Assembly: GCF_009931435.1 (NCBI RefSeq)
Contig: NZ_CP043414.1
Reading direction: 5' to 3' (one strand)
DNA length: 64,000 nt
Source of the DNA: Escherichia coli
GTDB taxonomy: Bacteria > Pseudomonadota > Gammaproteobacteria > Enterobacterales > Enterobacteriaceae
Below, in pieces: positions 52,241 through 63,491 of the stretch; positions within the stretch are counted from its first letter, which is position 1, and each line of letters opens with the position of its first letter. The position numbers and the translations under genes are program-made. Below the pieces are notes generated by a model. It was not told the origin of the DNA, did no database searches, and saw only the letters and a list, made by a program, of their open reading frames with translations.

Positions 52241-52699
52241 TCAGCCACGACTACGTTGCACTTCCAGCCACCACTTCTCCAGCTCCGCGGCAAAGGCCTG
52301 GCGGTCACGTTGTGAAAGGCTATCTGGTCCCCCGGTCTGGATCCCACTGGCGCGTAAGGTATCCATAAAATCGCGCATCGTCAGGCGCTCACGAATGGTC
52401 GCTGGTGTGTAACGTTCGCCGCGTGGATTAAGCGCCGCAGCGCCTTTCTCGATGACTTCAGCAGCCAAAGGAATATCTGCGGTGATCACCAAATCGCCAG
52501 CTTCACACTGCCGGACAATTTCGTTATCGGCAACGTCGAAACCTGCCGCGACGCGCAGCGTTCGAATAAATCGCGAAGGCGGTACGCGTAAACTCTGGTT
52601 TGCTACCAGTACCAGCGGCATCTGCATACGTTCAGCCGCGCGATACAAAATCTCTTTAATTACATTGGGACACGCGTCGGCATCCACCCAAATTGTCAT
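52241..52699 (-). CDS. yaiI: UPF0178 protein YaiI
   Basis: Start moved to [13 protein letters not shown], giving 152 aa. Confidence 0.88.
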   Translation of the reverse strand: MTIWVDADACPNVIKEILYRAAERMQMPLVLVANQSLRVPPSRFIRTLRVAAGFDVADNEIVRQCEAGDLVITADIPLAAEVIEKGAAALNPRGERYTPATIRERLTMRDFMDTLRASGIQTGGPDSLSQRDRQAFAAELEKWWLEVQRSRG

Positions 52700-52818
52700 A
52701 AAGTCATCCTTTGTTGGGTAATTCTCTATTGTGTCGCGCTTTTGCCTTCCGGCATAGTTCTGTTTATGCTTCTGCCAGCGATTATCAAAACAATGAATTT
52801 CACGGCAGGAGTGAGGCA

Positions 52819-53628
52819 ATGGAAAAGAAAATCGGTTTTATTGGCTGCGGCAATATGGGAAAAGCCATTCTCGGCGGTCTGATTGCCAGCGGTCAGGTGC
52901 TTCCAGGGCAAATCTGGGTATATACCCCCTCCCCGGATAAAGTCGCCGCCCTGCATGACCAGTTCGGCATCAACGCCGCAGAATCGGCGCAAGAAGTGGC
53001 GCAAATCGCCGACATCATTTTCGCCGCCGTTAAACCAGGCATCATGATTAAAGTGCTTAGCGAAATCACCTCCAGCCTGAATAAAGACTCTCTGGTCGTT
53101 TCTATTGCTGCGGGTGTCACGCTCGACCAGCTTGCCCGCGCGCTGGGCCATGACCGGAAAATTATCCGCGCCATGCCGAACACTCCCGCACTGGTTAATG
53201 CCGGGATGACCTCCGTAACGCCAAACGCGCTGGTAACCCCAGAAGATACCGCTGATGTGCTGAATATTTTCCGCTGCTTTGGCGAAGCGGAAGTAATTGC
53301 CGAGCCGATGATCCACCCGGTGGTCGGTGTGAGCGGTTCTTCGCCAGCCTACGTCTTTATGTTTATCGAGGCGATGGCCGACGCCGCCGTGCTGGGCGGG
53401 ATGCCACGCGCCCAGGCGTATAAATTTGCCGCTCAGGCGGTAATGGGTTCCGCAAAAATGGTGCTGGAAACGGGAGAACATCCGGGGGCACTGAAAGATA
53501 TGGTCTGCTCACCGGGAGGCACCACCATTGAGGCGGTACGCGTACTGGAAGAGAAAGGCTTCCGTGCCGCAGTGATCGAAGCGATGACGAAGTGTATGGA
53601 AAAATCAGAAAAACTCAGCAAATCCTGA
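52819..53628 (+). CDS. proC: Pyrroline-5-carboxylate reductase
   Basis: Start moved to [14 protein letters not shown] (Rossmann motif), giving 269 aa. Confidence 0.94.
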   Translation: MEKKIGFIGCGNMGKAILGGLIASGQVLPGQIWVYTPSPDKVAALHDQFGINAAESAQEVAQIADIIFAAVKPGIMIKVLSEITSSLNKDSLVVSIAAGVTLDQLARALGHDRKIIRAMPNTPALVNAGMTSVTPNALVTPEDTADVLNIFRCFGEAEVIAEPMIHPVVGVSGSSPAYVFMFIEAMADAAVLGGMPRAQAYKFAAQAVMGSAKMVLETGEHPGALKDMVCSPGGTTIEAVRVLEEKGFRAAVIEAMTKCMEKSEKLSKS

Positions 53629-53644
53629 TGACTTTCGCCGGACG

Positions 53645-54760
53645 TCAGGCCGCCACTTCGGTGCGGTTACGTCCGGCTTTCTTTGCTTTGTAGAGCGCCA
53701 AATCTGCCGATTTCAACCACTCCCGATAGTGACTCATTTGTGGATTCAGCGGCGCGACACCCACACTAATCCGTAACATCACCTGCGGTGTATTCGGCAA
53801 ACGTAACGTATTTAGCCCTTCATGTACCCGTAACATGGCGGTAATGGCGCTCTCAGCTGGCGTACCGGACATGATCACCGCAAACTCATCGCCACCAAAC
53901 CGACCAATCACATCGCTACCGCGCAGGGTAATTTGTAATTGTCGGGTAAGCGCCACAATCGCTTCATCGCCCACATCATGGCCCCAGGTATCGTTGATGC
54001 TCTTGAAATGGTCGATATCGATAATCAGTAACGTCGCATCGCGGTTATGCCGCCGACAGTTATCAAATTCATTGCGTAACATAGTTTCCCAATGACGTCG
54101 GTTATACACGCCCGTCATACCGTCGCGGGTACTCATGACCTGCAATCGGCGTTTATGTTCCGCCAGTTTAGTCGCCGTCTGGTAGCTGACCCAACCAAAC
54201 AGCAGAGGATAAATGACGATAATGGGAAGGGAGAGCCACCATTCCAGCGGCGCACTATTGAACGACACGGTGATACCCGTCAGTTCGAGGGTGACAAGGC
54301 AGGAAACCACCATCAACACCAGACCCGCGACAAACAGACGGGGGCCGCCTGCCCCCATCAAATTCAGACACATAATCATCAACATCGCGGTGGAAGGCAG
54401 CACGTTTACGCCCATTACGCCTACCCACATTCCCGCTAATACTGCATCGGTTTTTAAGTTATAAATTTCCCGGCTAAGCGGATCGACAGCCCTACTCGCA
54501 ATCTGCCAGGCTAAATGCGGCCAGACGAACGCCCAGCCGACCAACACCAGCCACCACCAGCCCGGCGGCGGGTGCGAAACCAGCGTTGAAGCAATCGGTA
54601 AGAACATGCCAGCCAGGCCAACCGCGCGGGGTAGTCTGACGCGACGGGCGAAGCGCAGCCCGGACCGCTGATGTTCGTTTTGAGGAGTTAAAGGAGGTTC
54701 CTCCCCATGCGCCGCCGCTTTTTTGAAAAAGTTTTCATCATTCATTATTTTTGGGAACAT
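53645..54760 (-). CDS. dgcC: Diguanylate cyclase (AdrA/DgcC)
   Basis: Track ORF, 371 aa; N-terminal membrane (MASE2-like) region and GGDEF motif RFGGDEF. Confidence 0.93.
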   Translation of the reverse strand: MFPKIMNDENFFKKAAAHGEEPPLTPQNEHQRSGLRFARRVRLPRAVGLAGMFLPIASTLVSHPPPGWWWLVLVGWAFVWPHLAWQIASRAVDPLSREIYNLKTDAVLAGMWVGVMGVNVLPSTAMLMIMCLNLMGAGGPRLFVAGLVLMVVSCLVTLELTGITVSFNSAPLEWWLSLPIIVIYPLLFGWVSYQTATKLAEHKRRLQVMSTRDGMTGVYNRRHWETMLRNEFDNCRRHNRDATLLIIDIDHFKSINDTWGHDVGDEAIVALTRQLQITLRGSDVIGRFGGDEFAVIMSGTPAESAITAMLRVHEGLNTLRLPNTPQVMLRISVGVAPLNPQMSHYREWLKSADLALYKAKKAGRNRTEVAA

Positions 54761-54861
54761 TCAGAAACAATTTTCCCAAATTATAGAGACGGGGCTAAAG
54801 GCAGAAGTATGAAATTTCGGGTGAGCCATTTTCGTAGCTCACCCGTTAGCACTATCAGGTA

Positions 54862-55182
54862 TCAGGCGGCTTTCTTGAGGCAGGCGCTCATAAACTTATT
54901 ACGATCATCACCTTTCAGAGATTGTTGCGTTGCTTGATTATTACATTCGCGCATCTTTTGCTGCTGTGGCGTCAAACTTTTTTCACCAGGCGCAGACTTG
55001 CTGTTCTTCAGGCAATCACTCATGTAGGTCTTACGAGCATCCCCTTTCAACGCCTGCGCCGTCGCCTGCTGATTACAGGAGGTCATACGCTGTTGTTGCG
55101 GGGTTAAGGTTCTCTCGGCAGCGCCGACGGTGGTTAAAAAAACCAGTCCGAAAAGCAAGGTAACCAGTAATGTTATTTTCAT
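54862..55182 (-). CDS. psiF: Phosphate-starvation-inducible protein PsiF
   Basis: Start moved to MKITLLVTLLFGLVFL (signal peptide), giving 106 aa; internal duplicated motif. Confidence 0.9.
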   Translation of the reverse strand: MKITLLVTLLFGLVFLTTVGAAERTLTPQQQRMTSCNQQATAQALKGDARKTYMSDCLKNSKSAPGEKSLTPQQQKMRECNNQATQQSLKGDDRNKFMSACLKKAA

Positions 55183-55300
55183 AGCACCATCCCTCTTCAT
55201 GTTTTAACCATGAGCGTTTGCGCCCGTGATCTGCCATTAAGTCTGGTTGCTAACCGCAAAAAAACCACCCGGCAGCGAAATTTCACCGCCGGGCGAGGTT

Positions 55301-56716
55301 TTATTTCAGCCCCAGGGCGGCTTTCATGGTGTAGAAGAGATCGGTCTGGTCGGTCAGTCCAACGACATTGGCGGCATGTGGGCCATACGCCGCAATACGC
55401 AGCTGACTACCGGTATGTTCTTGTGAATCCTCTTCGGAGTTCCCGTAACTCATCACCATCACTGCGCCATCTTTGGTATTTAGCGCCTGGGTGAGGCCCG
55501 GCGCTTTGGTGTCCGGCGCGACAATCTGGCTGGCGTGGGCGTGATCAGCGGTGACTATGACCAGCGTGTTGCCATCCTTTTTAGCGAATTCCAGCGCCCG
55601 TTGTACGGCTTCGTCGAGATCGACCGTCTCGCCAATTTGCCCACAAGGATTCGCCGCGTGATCCTGTTTATCGATTGATGCACCTTCAACTTGCAGGAAA
55701 AAGCCTTTCTCATTTTTACTCAACAATTCAATGGCTTTATCAGTCATCTGCGCCAGGGTCGGTACGCTGTCATTACGTTGCGGATTAGGCGTACAGGTAA
55801 CTGCGGGCTTGTCGATATTGCCGTGGTACGTTGCTTTCGGTCCTTGCCAGCGCACTGGCATATTGCCGTCAGCAAACAGTCCTAGCAGGGGTTTTTGCTG
55901 GTTCGCTTCCGTCACCGCATTCAGTGAGGCAGCATCGCTCACCAACTGATAACCACGCGCCTGCGCCTGTTCACGCAGCGTTTTTCCCTGCCATTCACCG
56001 GCGGTTGCCGTTTCCGCAAAGGTTTTTGCGCCGCCGCCAAGCGTAACATCGGCACGGGCGTTAAGCAGCTGTTCGGTAATCGATCCTTTTCCGCCTTTTT
56101 CCAGCGCGTTACGCGGACATTTTTCACTGGTCGCGCTCGGACCGTAGCATTTGCGCGAAGTCACATGCGCCACCAACGCGGCGGGAGTGGCATCCTGCAA
56201 CTCTGCGGTAGAAACGTTACCGGTCGCCAGCCCTGCGGCTTTTGCCATTTCCAGAATCGTTGGGTGATCTTTTTCATGAATATCGACACCCAATGCGCCG
56301 TTATAGGTTTTGACACCGGTTGACCAGGCAGTTGCTGATGCAGCCGAGTCGGTAACGTAGTCCGGTTTGCCGGTTTTTTTATTCAGCGCATAGTGAGTGT
56401 ATTGCCCGGTAAGCGGTAAGGCATCAATACCTTTAAAAAAGCCGCCCGCACCTTCGGCATAATTACGTGCGGCAGTAATTTCCGAATCCCCCATCCCATC
56501 GCCAATCAGCAAAATAATATTTTTTGCAGGCTTATCGCTAAGAGAATCACGCAGAGCGGCGCTCTGATCACCCGTTAAGCGGCGAGCACCGCCGGGTGCA
56601 GTAATATCGCCCTGAGCAGCCCGGTTTTCCAGAATAGGCATTTCTGGTGTCCGGGCTTTTGTCACAGGGGTAAACAGTAACGGTAAGAGTGCCAGTGCAA
56701 TAGTGCTTTGTTTCAC
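55301..56716 (-). CDS. phoA: Alkaline phosphatase
   Basis: Start set at the GTG ([21 protein letters not shown]), giving 471 aa; active-site region DSAASATAW. Confidence 0.95.
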   Translation of the reverse strand: MKQSTIALALLPLLFTPVTKARTPEMPILENRAAQGDITAPGGARRLTGDQSAALRDSLSDKPAKNIILLIGDGMGDSEITAARNYAEGAGGFFKGIDALPLTGQYTHYALNKKTGKPDYVTDSAASATAWSTGVKTYNGALGVDIHEKDHPTILEMAKAAGLATGNVSTAELQDATPAALVAHVTSRKCYGPSATSEKCPRNALEKGGKGSITEQLLNARADVTLGGGAKTFAETATAGEWQGKTLREQAQARGYQLVSDAASLNAVTEANQQKPLLGLFADGNMPVRWQGPKATYHGNIDKPAVTCTPNPQRNDSVPTLAQMTDKAIELLSKNEKGFFLQVEGASIDKQDHAANPCGQIGETVDLDEAVQRALEFAKKDGNTLVIVTADHAHASQIVAPDTKAPGLTQALNTKDGAVMVMSYGNSEEDSQEHTGSQLRIAAYGPHAANVVGLTDQTDLFYTMKAALGLK

Positions 56717-56776
56717 TTTATTTTCTCCATGTACAAATACATTAAAAAATAAAAACAAAGCGACTATAAGTCTCAG

Positions 56777-56796
56777 CCGTGACAGCTTTATGACAG
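56777..56796 (-). promoter_or_regulatory. Pho box in the phoA promoter
   Basis: Minus strand reads CTGTCATAAAGCTGTCACGG, followed by TATAGT. Confidence 0.85.
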
Positions 56797-56816
56797 CTGT
56801 TGAAAAGATTACCTTT

Positions 56817-57077
56817 TTACTGACGAGGATGCTTCAATAACTTCTTTACATAATCGCGCAGCAGCTCCGTATCGTCGTCAGGAATGCTGGCATCGGGCTT
56901 TACCTCGTAAAGTGCCCCCTCAACCTGATCAATCAACCGCTGTTGGTCATTTTGCGCCATATTACGAAGCATTGCAGTGACGATAATCTCCAGTGCTTCT
57001 ACCTGCGCGCACAGTTCTTTCGACTCTTCTTCTTTTTGGGCAAGCTTAAATAACAACTCAGCAATGAGATTTTTCAT
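56817..57077 (-). CDS. iraP: Anti-adapter protein IraP
   Basis: Track ORF, 86 aa. Confidence 0.92.
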
Positions 57078-57539
57078 GTCTGTATTTCCTTATCCAAAGT
57101 ATGGAGAAGTTAACATTATGCTTCACAACTTCATAGTGTCTGGAGGTAGTATTTTTATGACGAATGAAATACTTTGCGCAAATATTTTTTCCATATTTAT
57201 CAGCGAAACGTTTCTCTTATTTAAATAAGTAACCATACAAAGTATAGGTTTTTAATTATCAACCTTTATTATAAGTAAAAGTTATGAAATATATTCTCTT
57301 TGCTAACTTATAATTAAGAGAAAAAAACTCACTGCATGGCCATTTAAACCAGGAATAAATTAGCTTCCCGTTCATCATTTTTGTGATCTTGCGCACATCT
57401 TTGAGATAACGCACTTTCTTCACCAGTACGTTGCACACTTTGTCAGTAGAAGATTGCAACATTCTGTCAGAAGGCCGCGAATCCCCCGTTTTGTCGTGGT
57501 AATGTATGCACTTTGTGTTAGACGGGATAGGTTTTCAAG

Positions 57540-58634
57540 ATGGAAAAACTGCGGGTAGGAATCGTTTTTGGTGGTAAATCAGCGGAACATGAAGTGTCTT
57601 TGCAATCGGCAAAAAACATTGTCGATGCCATTGATAAAAGTCGCTTCGACGTTGTGCTGCTGGGCATTGATAAACAAGGGCAATGGCACGTCAGCGATGC
57701 CAACAATTATCTGCTAAATGCAGACGATCCTGCCCATATTGCGTTGCGCCCTTCGGCGACCAGTCTTGCGCAGGTGCCTGGTAAACATGAGCATCAGCTT
57801 ATCGACGCACAAAACGGTCAGCCATTGCCGACGGTGGATGTCATTTTCCCGATTGTTCACGGTACGCTAGGCGAAGATGGTTCCTTGCAGGGAATGCTGC
57901 GGGTCGCCAATTTACCGTTTGTGGGTTCTGATGTTTTGGCGTCAGCGGCCTGTATGGATAAAGATGTCACCAAACGTCTGCTACGCGATGCCGGGCTGAA
58001 CATTGCGCCATTTATTACCCTGACACGCACCAATCGTCAAAACATCAGTTTTGCCGAAGTGAAGTCAAAACTGGGGTTACCGCTGTTTGTAAAACCCGCT
58101 AACCAAGGCTCTTCTGTTGGTGTCAGCAAAGTAACCAGTGAAGAAGAGTACGCAATTGCCGTCGATCTGGCGTTCGAGTTCGATCATAAAGTGATCGTTG
58201 AGCAAGGGATCAAAGGTCGTGAGATCGAATGCGCGGTTCTGGGCAACGACAATCCGCAAGCCAGTACCTGTGGCGAGATCGTACTAACCAGCGATTTCTA
58301 TGCCTACGACACCAAGTACATTGACGAAGATGGCGCGAAAGTGGTGGTTCCGGCAGCCATTACGCCTGAAATTAACGATAAGATCCGGGCAATTGCCGTT
58401 CAGGCTTATCAAACGTTGGGTTGCGCAGGCATGGCGCGTGTAGACGTGTTTTTAACCCCAGAGAACGAAGTGGTAATCAACGAGATCAACACACTGCCAG
58501 GCTTCACCAACATCAGTATGTATCCGAAGCTGTGGCAAGCCAGCGGTTTGGGTTACACCGACCTGATCACACGTCTGATCGAGTTGGCGCTGGAGCGTCA
58601 CGCTGCGGATAACGCATTGAAAACCACAATGTAA
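57540..58634 (+). CDS. ddlA: D-alanine--D-alanine ligase A
   Basis: Track ORF, 364 aa. Confidence 0.95.
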   Translation: MEKLRVGIVFGGKSAEHEVSLQSAKNIVDAIDKSRFDVVLLGIDKQGQWHVSDANNYLLNADDPAHIALRPSATSLAQVPGKHEHQLIDAQNGQPLPTVDVIFPIVHGTLGEDGSLQGMLRVANLPFVGSDVLASAACMDKDVTKRLLRDAGLNIAPFITLTRTNRQNISFAEVKSKLGLPLFVKPANQGSSVGVSKVTSEEEYAIAVDLAFEFDHKVIVEQGIKGREIECAVLGNDNPQASTCGEIVLTSDFYAYDTKYIDEDGAKVVVPAAITPEINDKIRAIAVQAYQTLGCAGMARVDVFLTPENEVVINEINTLPGFTNISMYPKLWQASGLGYTDLITRLIELALERHAADNALKTTM

Positions 58635-58640
58635 TTTTTA

Positions 58641-58670
58641 AATGCCCAATAACTGTTATTGGGCATTTAA
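58641..58670 (+). terminator. Hairpin after the ddlA stop
   Basis: atgcccaataa-c-tgttattgggcat palindrome followed by ttaa. Confidence 0.5.
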
Positions 58671-58682
58671 GACTGTAAGATT

Positions 58683-58771
58683 GCCTGATGCGCTTTGCTT
58701 ATCAGGCCTACAAGATAATTGCAATATACTGATTTTGTAGGCAGGATAAGGCGTTCGCGCCGCATCCGGCA
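58683..58771. repeat. Pair of REP elements (BIME-like) after ddlA
   Basis: gcctgatgcgctttgcttatcaggcctac and gtaggcaggataaggcgttcgcgccgcatccggca. Confidence 0.8.
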
Positions 58772-58801
58772 AAAACAACGAGCACTTTGTCAGCCCCCAG
58801 A

Positions 58802-58834
58802 ACGCCCAATCCTCTGTTATTGGGCGTTTTCAGT
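58802..58834 (+). terminator. Hairpin plus T-run (plus strand) that spans the yaiZ stop codon
   Basis: cgcccaat-cctctgtt-attgggcg followed by ttttcagttt. Confidence 0.4.
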
Positions 58835-59029
58835 TTCTTCATCGCGACGACGAATAATCAGCCCCGCGAGCCAGAAACTAATCACCCACGTCACCAGACC
58901 AACGGCATAGGTCTGCCAACCTTTTGCTTCAAATCCCAGTAACCCCACCACGCCATTAAGAATGAATATCAGGCCAATGGCGAACGCATAGTAGTGCCAG
59001 TCACGGCGAATTTTTACAGGCAGACTCAT
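58817..59029 (-). CDS. yaiZ: Small inner-membrane protein YaiZ
   Basis: Start moved to MSLPVKIRRDWHYYAF, giving 70 aa, two predicted TM helices. Confidence 0.85.
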   Translation of the reverse strand: MSLPVKIRRDWHYYAFAIGLIFILNGVVGLLGFEAKGWQTYAVGLVTWVISFWLAGLIIRRRDEETENAQ

Positions 59030-59288
59030 GGCAGCTCCGTTAACGAAAAATAACATCTTCGCATAATCGATAACTTACGTCTGTGGGGTAGACAGCATTT
59101 CCCGTATCGTTAAAAAATTTAACTTAAAGTTACCTTTTTGTGACTCGTGACAAATATTCCCGCTTCGGGAATATTCCCAACATCAATTTACCATGATTCT
59201 GATATTGACAATCTTAATGACCTGTCAGACTTGCCATAAGCCGCTGGTATGACACCAGAAGAGAAGCAGATGACTTCCGGAGGTTTTT

Positions 59289-59597
59289 ATGGCTGATTTC
59301 ACCCTGTCAAAATCGCTGTTTAGCGGAAAATATCGCAATGCCTCTTCTACGCCTGGCAACATTGCCTATGCGTTGTTTGTGCTGTTTTGCTTTTGGGCTG
59401 GGGCGCAATTGCTGAACCTGTTAGTGCATGCGCCCGGCGTCTATGAGCGTTTAATGCAGGCTCAGGAAACAGGCCGCCCACGGGTGGAAATTGGTTTAGG
59501 TGTCGGTACCATTTTCGGGCTGATCCCATTTTTAATTGGCTGCTTCATTTTTGCATTAGTGGCGCTATGGCTGCACTGGCGACATCGCCGCCAGTAA
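59289..59597 (+). CDS. yaiY: Inner-membrane protein YaiY
   Basis: Track ORF, 102 aa. Confidence 0.88.
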   Translation: MADFTLSKSLFSGKYRNASSTPGNIAYALFVLFCFWAGAQLLNLLVHAPGVYERLMQAQETGRPRVEIGLGVGTIFGLIPFLIGCFIFALVALWLHWRHRRQ

Positions 59598-59654
59598 GAG
59601 TAGGTTGTCAGATGCGGCCTAAAATGCCTTATCTGGCCTGGCGTTCCCTTTTGC

Positions 59655-60749
59655 TTACTGTTTCATACAACGCGCCCGCCGTTCGTCTACGCGCTTCGCA
59701 AACCAGGCCGTAGTCAGATTGCGGGTAATTTTCGGGCTTTCCAGTTGGATGCCGGGCAACATTTCGCGGGGTAGTGATCTACCCGTTTTCGCTTCGGCAA
59801 GTTGATAAACTTTCTTGTACAGCGCCGTCTCCTCAAAAGAGAAGCTGTCCCCTTTCTCTAACTGACGGCGAATTTCGCTGTCGCTCATCCCCAGTTTGCC
59901 TGCCAGTTTGCGCGTTGCCAGCTCTGTTTTCCCAGGTTCTTTACTGTCGTAACGAATTAAATCACCGTCCAGCGCCAGCTTCATGCCAGTGGCCTTACTG
60001 ACCGCGTTCTGAAAAGCGGCATTACGGCTGGCGTACCAGCCAGCGTTAAAATCGGCAAAACGGTATATCGGCGCGCTATAACTGGCGGGATAATTCAGTA
60101 AATGGTAAGTACCGAACCACAATCCGCCGCGGCGACTGAAGACTTCCTGACGGACTGTACCGTCCATTTTCCACGGATACCCTTTGGTATGCTGTTCGGC
60201 AAACGCAATGCTGACCTGCATCGGTCCACCGGTACGTACCGGATTAAGCGAACCAAACAGCGTCTGCCCCATTGGCACCATGCTGATCAAATCGTCAAAA
60301 ATCGCGCTTAATTGCTTTTCTGTACGCACAGAATCTAACCGCTCACTATAACTTTTGCCGTTTGGCGATTTGATTTTTAGCGCGGTATGAACCAGAAAAG
60401 CTGGGATGTACATCCGTTCGGCACGACGGTCAATCTCTTGCCAGGCGATCTTGCTTAAGCCTGGAACGGCCGGATCTGCCTGATAATTTGACTCCTGCTG
60501 CGCCACCGCCAGCACCGAGCAGACGTTTTCCAGCGTCGGTGCCAGCCCCTGACTTTCAAACGTGGTGGCAAGATCTTTCGCCCAGGCATCGCGGTCTTTC
60601 ACACTCGCGGGCATCTTCTGCCGCACGACGCTCGCCACATCTATCGCTTTTTCGCCCTTTTTCAACGGTTGCGGAGCCTGACTACTACACCCTGCTAAAA
60701 CCAGAACCGCCAATAACGAAAGCGAAGATAGATGATTGACGCGCGACAT
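59655..60749 (-). CDS. yaiW: Lipoprotein YaiW
   Basis: Track ORF, 364 aa; lipobox LAGCSS. Confidence 0.9.
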   Translation of the reverse strand: MSRVNHLSSLSLLAVLVLAGCSSQAPQPLKKGEKAIDVASVVRQKMPASVKDRDAWAKDLATTFESQGLAPTLENVCSVLAVAQQESNYQADPAVPGLSKIAWQEIDRRAERMYIPAFLVHTALKIKSPNGKSYSERLDSVRTEKQLSAIFDDLISMVPMGQTLFGSLNPVRTGGPMQVSIAFAEQHTKGYPWKMDGTVRQEVFSRRGGLWFGTYHLLNYPASYSAPIYRFADFNAGWYASRNAAFQNAVSKATGMKLALDGDLIRYDSKEPGKTELATRKLAGKLGMSDSEIRRQLEKGDSFSFEETALYKKVYQLAEAKTGRSLPREMLPGIQLESPKITRNLTTAWFAKRVDERRARCMKQ

Positions 60750-60761
60750 TACTTCTCCTTT

Positions 60762-61982
60762 TTAACTCAAGGTATGGGTTACTTCCTGAATTTTGTCACC
60801 ATCCAGCTCATGTTCAAAGCTGCGCAGACGTTTGTAGATAGACATCAACTCAACCAGCGTGGTCCATGAGTTAATCAGGTACTGAAAAGCACCGCGAACC
60901 TGACCAAAAACGTTGGTAATCTGCGTCATCAGGCCGAGCGTAATCGTACCGGCAACAATCGACGGAAACAGCAAGAACAAACCGAAAACGTTATCGACCT
61001 GCAAATAGAGAATGCGGGCGATGTTGAAATACATATAGTGAAAATAGAGGCGGAAATAGTTTTTCCGCACGGCGCTAAACAGCTCGCGTACCGTAGGCGG
61101 CGTCGCGCGCGATGCATCGTCTTCACCATAAACCAACTCTTTACGGTAGGCAGCCTCTACACGCTGATTTTTAAACTCCAGTCCCGGCAGTTTGATCCCT
61201 ACCACTGCCAGCAATCCGGTCCCCATCAACGACCATACGATAGCAGCAATCACCAGACCATACGGAATATGCCCGACAATCGGCAGCTCCGGCACATGCG
61301 CAGAGAGCGTTACCAGTACCGGCAGGAAGGCGATCAACGTCATGATAGCGTTGATAAAACTGACGCCCATATTCTCAAGCGTTGAAGCAAAACGCATGGT
61401 GTCTTCCTGCACACGCTGGGCGGCACCTTCGATATGACGCAGTTGTTGCCAGTTCGCCATGTAATATTCGTTCATCGCCGTACGCCAGCGGAACACGTAG
61501 TGACTGACAAAGAAGTTGTTCAGCACACTGATCACCACCGCGATCAGCGCAATCCCCAGAAAGACGCCCACTTCGCGGTAAAATTGTTCGATAGTGACTT
61601 TATGCGGCGAACTTAGCGCAGTTTGAATCAGATCATAAAACGGCGCATACCAGGCGTTGACGGCAACTCCAACTTCTACCAAAAACCAGGTGACGAAGAT
61701 AATCAACGCAGTACCGAGTATTGACCAGTATTGCCAACGATGCGGGCTATAAATAAACCAGAACAGTGCAAAAAGCCCTACGCAAACAATGTAGTAAGCG
61801 TAAAAAATCAGGAAATCTAACGACCAGAAACGCGCGGCGCTAATTGGGATCTGCCCGGAAGCTCCGGTGATGCGCGCCACCCAGTCCCCCCCACCGGCTT
61901 GCCAGAAGATAACGGCAATCAATGCCCAAACAAAGGCCGAGAGAAAAAACGTTCCCGGCTTTGGGAAAAAAGACTTAAACAT
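60762..61982 (-). CDS. sbmA: Peptide antibiotic / microcin transporter SbmA
   Basis: Track ORF begins MHMFKS; start set at [14 protein letters not shown], giving 406 aa. Confidence 0.92.
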   Translation of the reverse strand: MFKSFFPKPGTFFLSAFVWALIAVIFWQAGGGDWVARITGASGQIPISAARFWSLDFLIFYAYYIVCVGLFALFWFIYSPHRWQYWSILGTALIIFVTWFLVEVGVAVNAWYAPFYDLIQTALSSPHKVTIEQFYREVGVFLGIALIAVVISVLNNFFVSHYVFRWRTAMNEYYMANWQQLRHIEGAAQRVQEDTMRFASTLENMGVSFINAIMTLIAFLPVLVTLSAHVPELPIVGHIPYGLVIAAIVWSLMGTGLLAVVGIKLPGLEFKNQRVEAAYRKELVYGEDDASRATPPTVRELFSAVRKNYFRLYFHYMYFNIARILYLQVDNVFGLFLLFPSIVAGTITLGLMTQITNVFGQVRGAFQYLINSWTTLVELMSIYKRLRSFEHELDGDKIQEVTHTLS

Positions 61983-62333
61983 ATGCACTCCTGCTAACTT
62001 CTTATCGTTTTAACAACTGCTGTGTATTAACCGCATGACCGCTACAAAGAATCAGCCAAATGAAACCGCCCATTGTGACCCATAGCAAGGCGCATAGTTC
62101 GCCAGCCTGACCATAAGAATTGTTTCGACGGATTTCACAAACCAAAGATTGTTTACATTAGCGGATTAACACGCGCAGGATCACAAATGCAGGCATTGGT
62201 GAGCAGGAAAAAGATCGTGTTTTCGCGCCGTTACGTTTTTAACACTATTATTGCACTAATTCGCCCTTTGCAATCCATCAATGAGTAGTATAAATACGCT
62301 CAGTTACCTTCATTCAATCTATGGACACCACCG

Positions 62334-63491
62334 TTGAAACGTAGTCTGCTTTTTTCTGCCGTGCTTTGTGCGGCGTTATTGACCCCCGTCCATGCGGCGC
62401 AGCCGATCACTGAACCGGAGTTCGCCTCTGATATTGTCGATCGTTATGCCGATCATATTTTTTATGGCAGTGGTGCCACGGGGATGGCGCTGGTTGTTAT
62501 CGACGGTAACCAGCGCGTCTTTCGCAGTTATGGCGAAACGCGCCCGGGTAATAACGTTCGCCCGCAGCTGGATTCGGTCGTGCGTATTGCTTCGCTCACC
62601 AAGCTAATGACCAGTGAGTTGCTGGTGAAATTGCTCGACCAGGGGACCGTGAAGTTAAACGATCCGCTAAGTAAATATGCTCCACCAGGCGCACGTGTGC
62701 CGACTTACAATGGCACGCCTATTACCCTGGTGAATCTGGCAACCCATACCAGTGCCCTGCCCCGTGAACAGCCGGGAGGTGCGGCACATCGTCCAGTGTT
62801 TGTCTGGCCAACGCGCGAGCAACGCTGGAAATACCTTTCTACGGCGAAGCTGAAAGCCGCGCCAGGCAGTCAGGCGGCATACTCTAACCTTGCGTTCGAC
62901 CTGCTGGCAGATGCACTGGCGAATGCTTCTGGCAAGCCTTATACCCAGTTGTTTGAAGAGCAGATTACCCGTCCGTTGGGGATGAAAGACACGACCTATA
63001 CTCCATCGCCGGATCAGTGCCGACGTTTAATGGTTGCTGAGCGCGGTGCCAGTCCATGCAATAACACGCTGGCGGCAATTGGCAGTGGCGGCGTCTATTC
63101 CACGCCTGGCGATATGATGCGCTGGATGCAGCAGTATTTGTCATCTGATTTTTATCAGCGCAGTAATCAGGCGGATCGTATGCAGACGTTGATTTATCAG
63201 CGCGCGCAGTTTACGAAAGTGATTGGCATGGATGTCCCCGGCAAAGCGGATGCACTTGGTTTAGGCTGGGTATATATGGCCCCGAAAGAGGGTCGTCCGG
63301 GGATTATTCAGAAGACAGGTGGTGGTGGCGGTTTCATTACCTATATGGCGATGATCCCGCAGAAGAATATTGGCGCATTTGTGGTGGTCACTCGTTCGCC
63401 ATTGACGCGCTTTAAAAATATGAGCGATGGCATCAATGACCTGGTGACAGAACTGAGCGGGAATAAACCGTTGGTCATCCCCGCGTCCTGA
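62334..63491 (+). CDS. ampH: Penicillin-binding protein AmpH (class C beta-lactamase fold)
   Basis: Track ORF, 385 aa; signal peptide and serine motif SLTK. Confidence 0.94.
   Translation: MKRSLLFSAVLCAALLTPVHAAQPITEPEFASDIVDRYADHIFYGSGATGMALVVIDGNQRVFRSYGETRPGNNVRPQLDSVVRIASLTKLMTSELLVKLLDQGTVKLNDPLSKYAPPGARVPTYNGTPITLVNLATHTSALPREQPGGAAHRPVFVWPTREQRWKYLSTAKLKAAPGSQAAYSNLAFDLLADALANASGKPYTQLFEEQITRPLGMKDTTYTPSPDQCRRLMVAERGASPCNNTLAAIGSGGVYSTPGDMMRWMQQYLSSDFYQRSNQADRMQTLIYQRAQFTKVIGMDVPGKADALGLGWVYMAPKEGRPGIIQKTGGGGGFITYMAMIPQKNIGAFVVVTRSPLTRFKNMSDGINDLVTELSGNKPLVIPAS

Noticed and set aside
52726-53481. 251-aa minus-strand ORF inside proC
   Set aside because: Antisense to proC.
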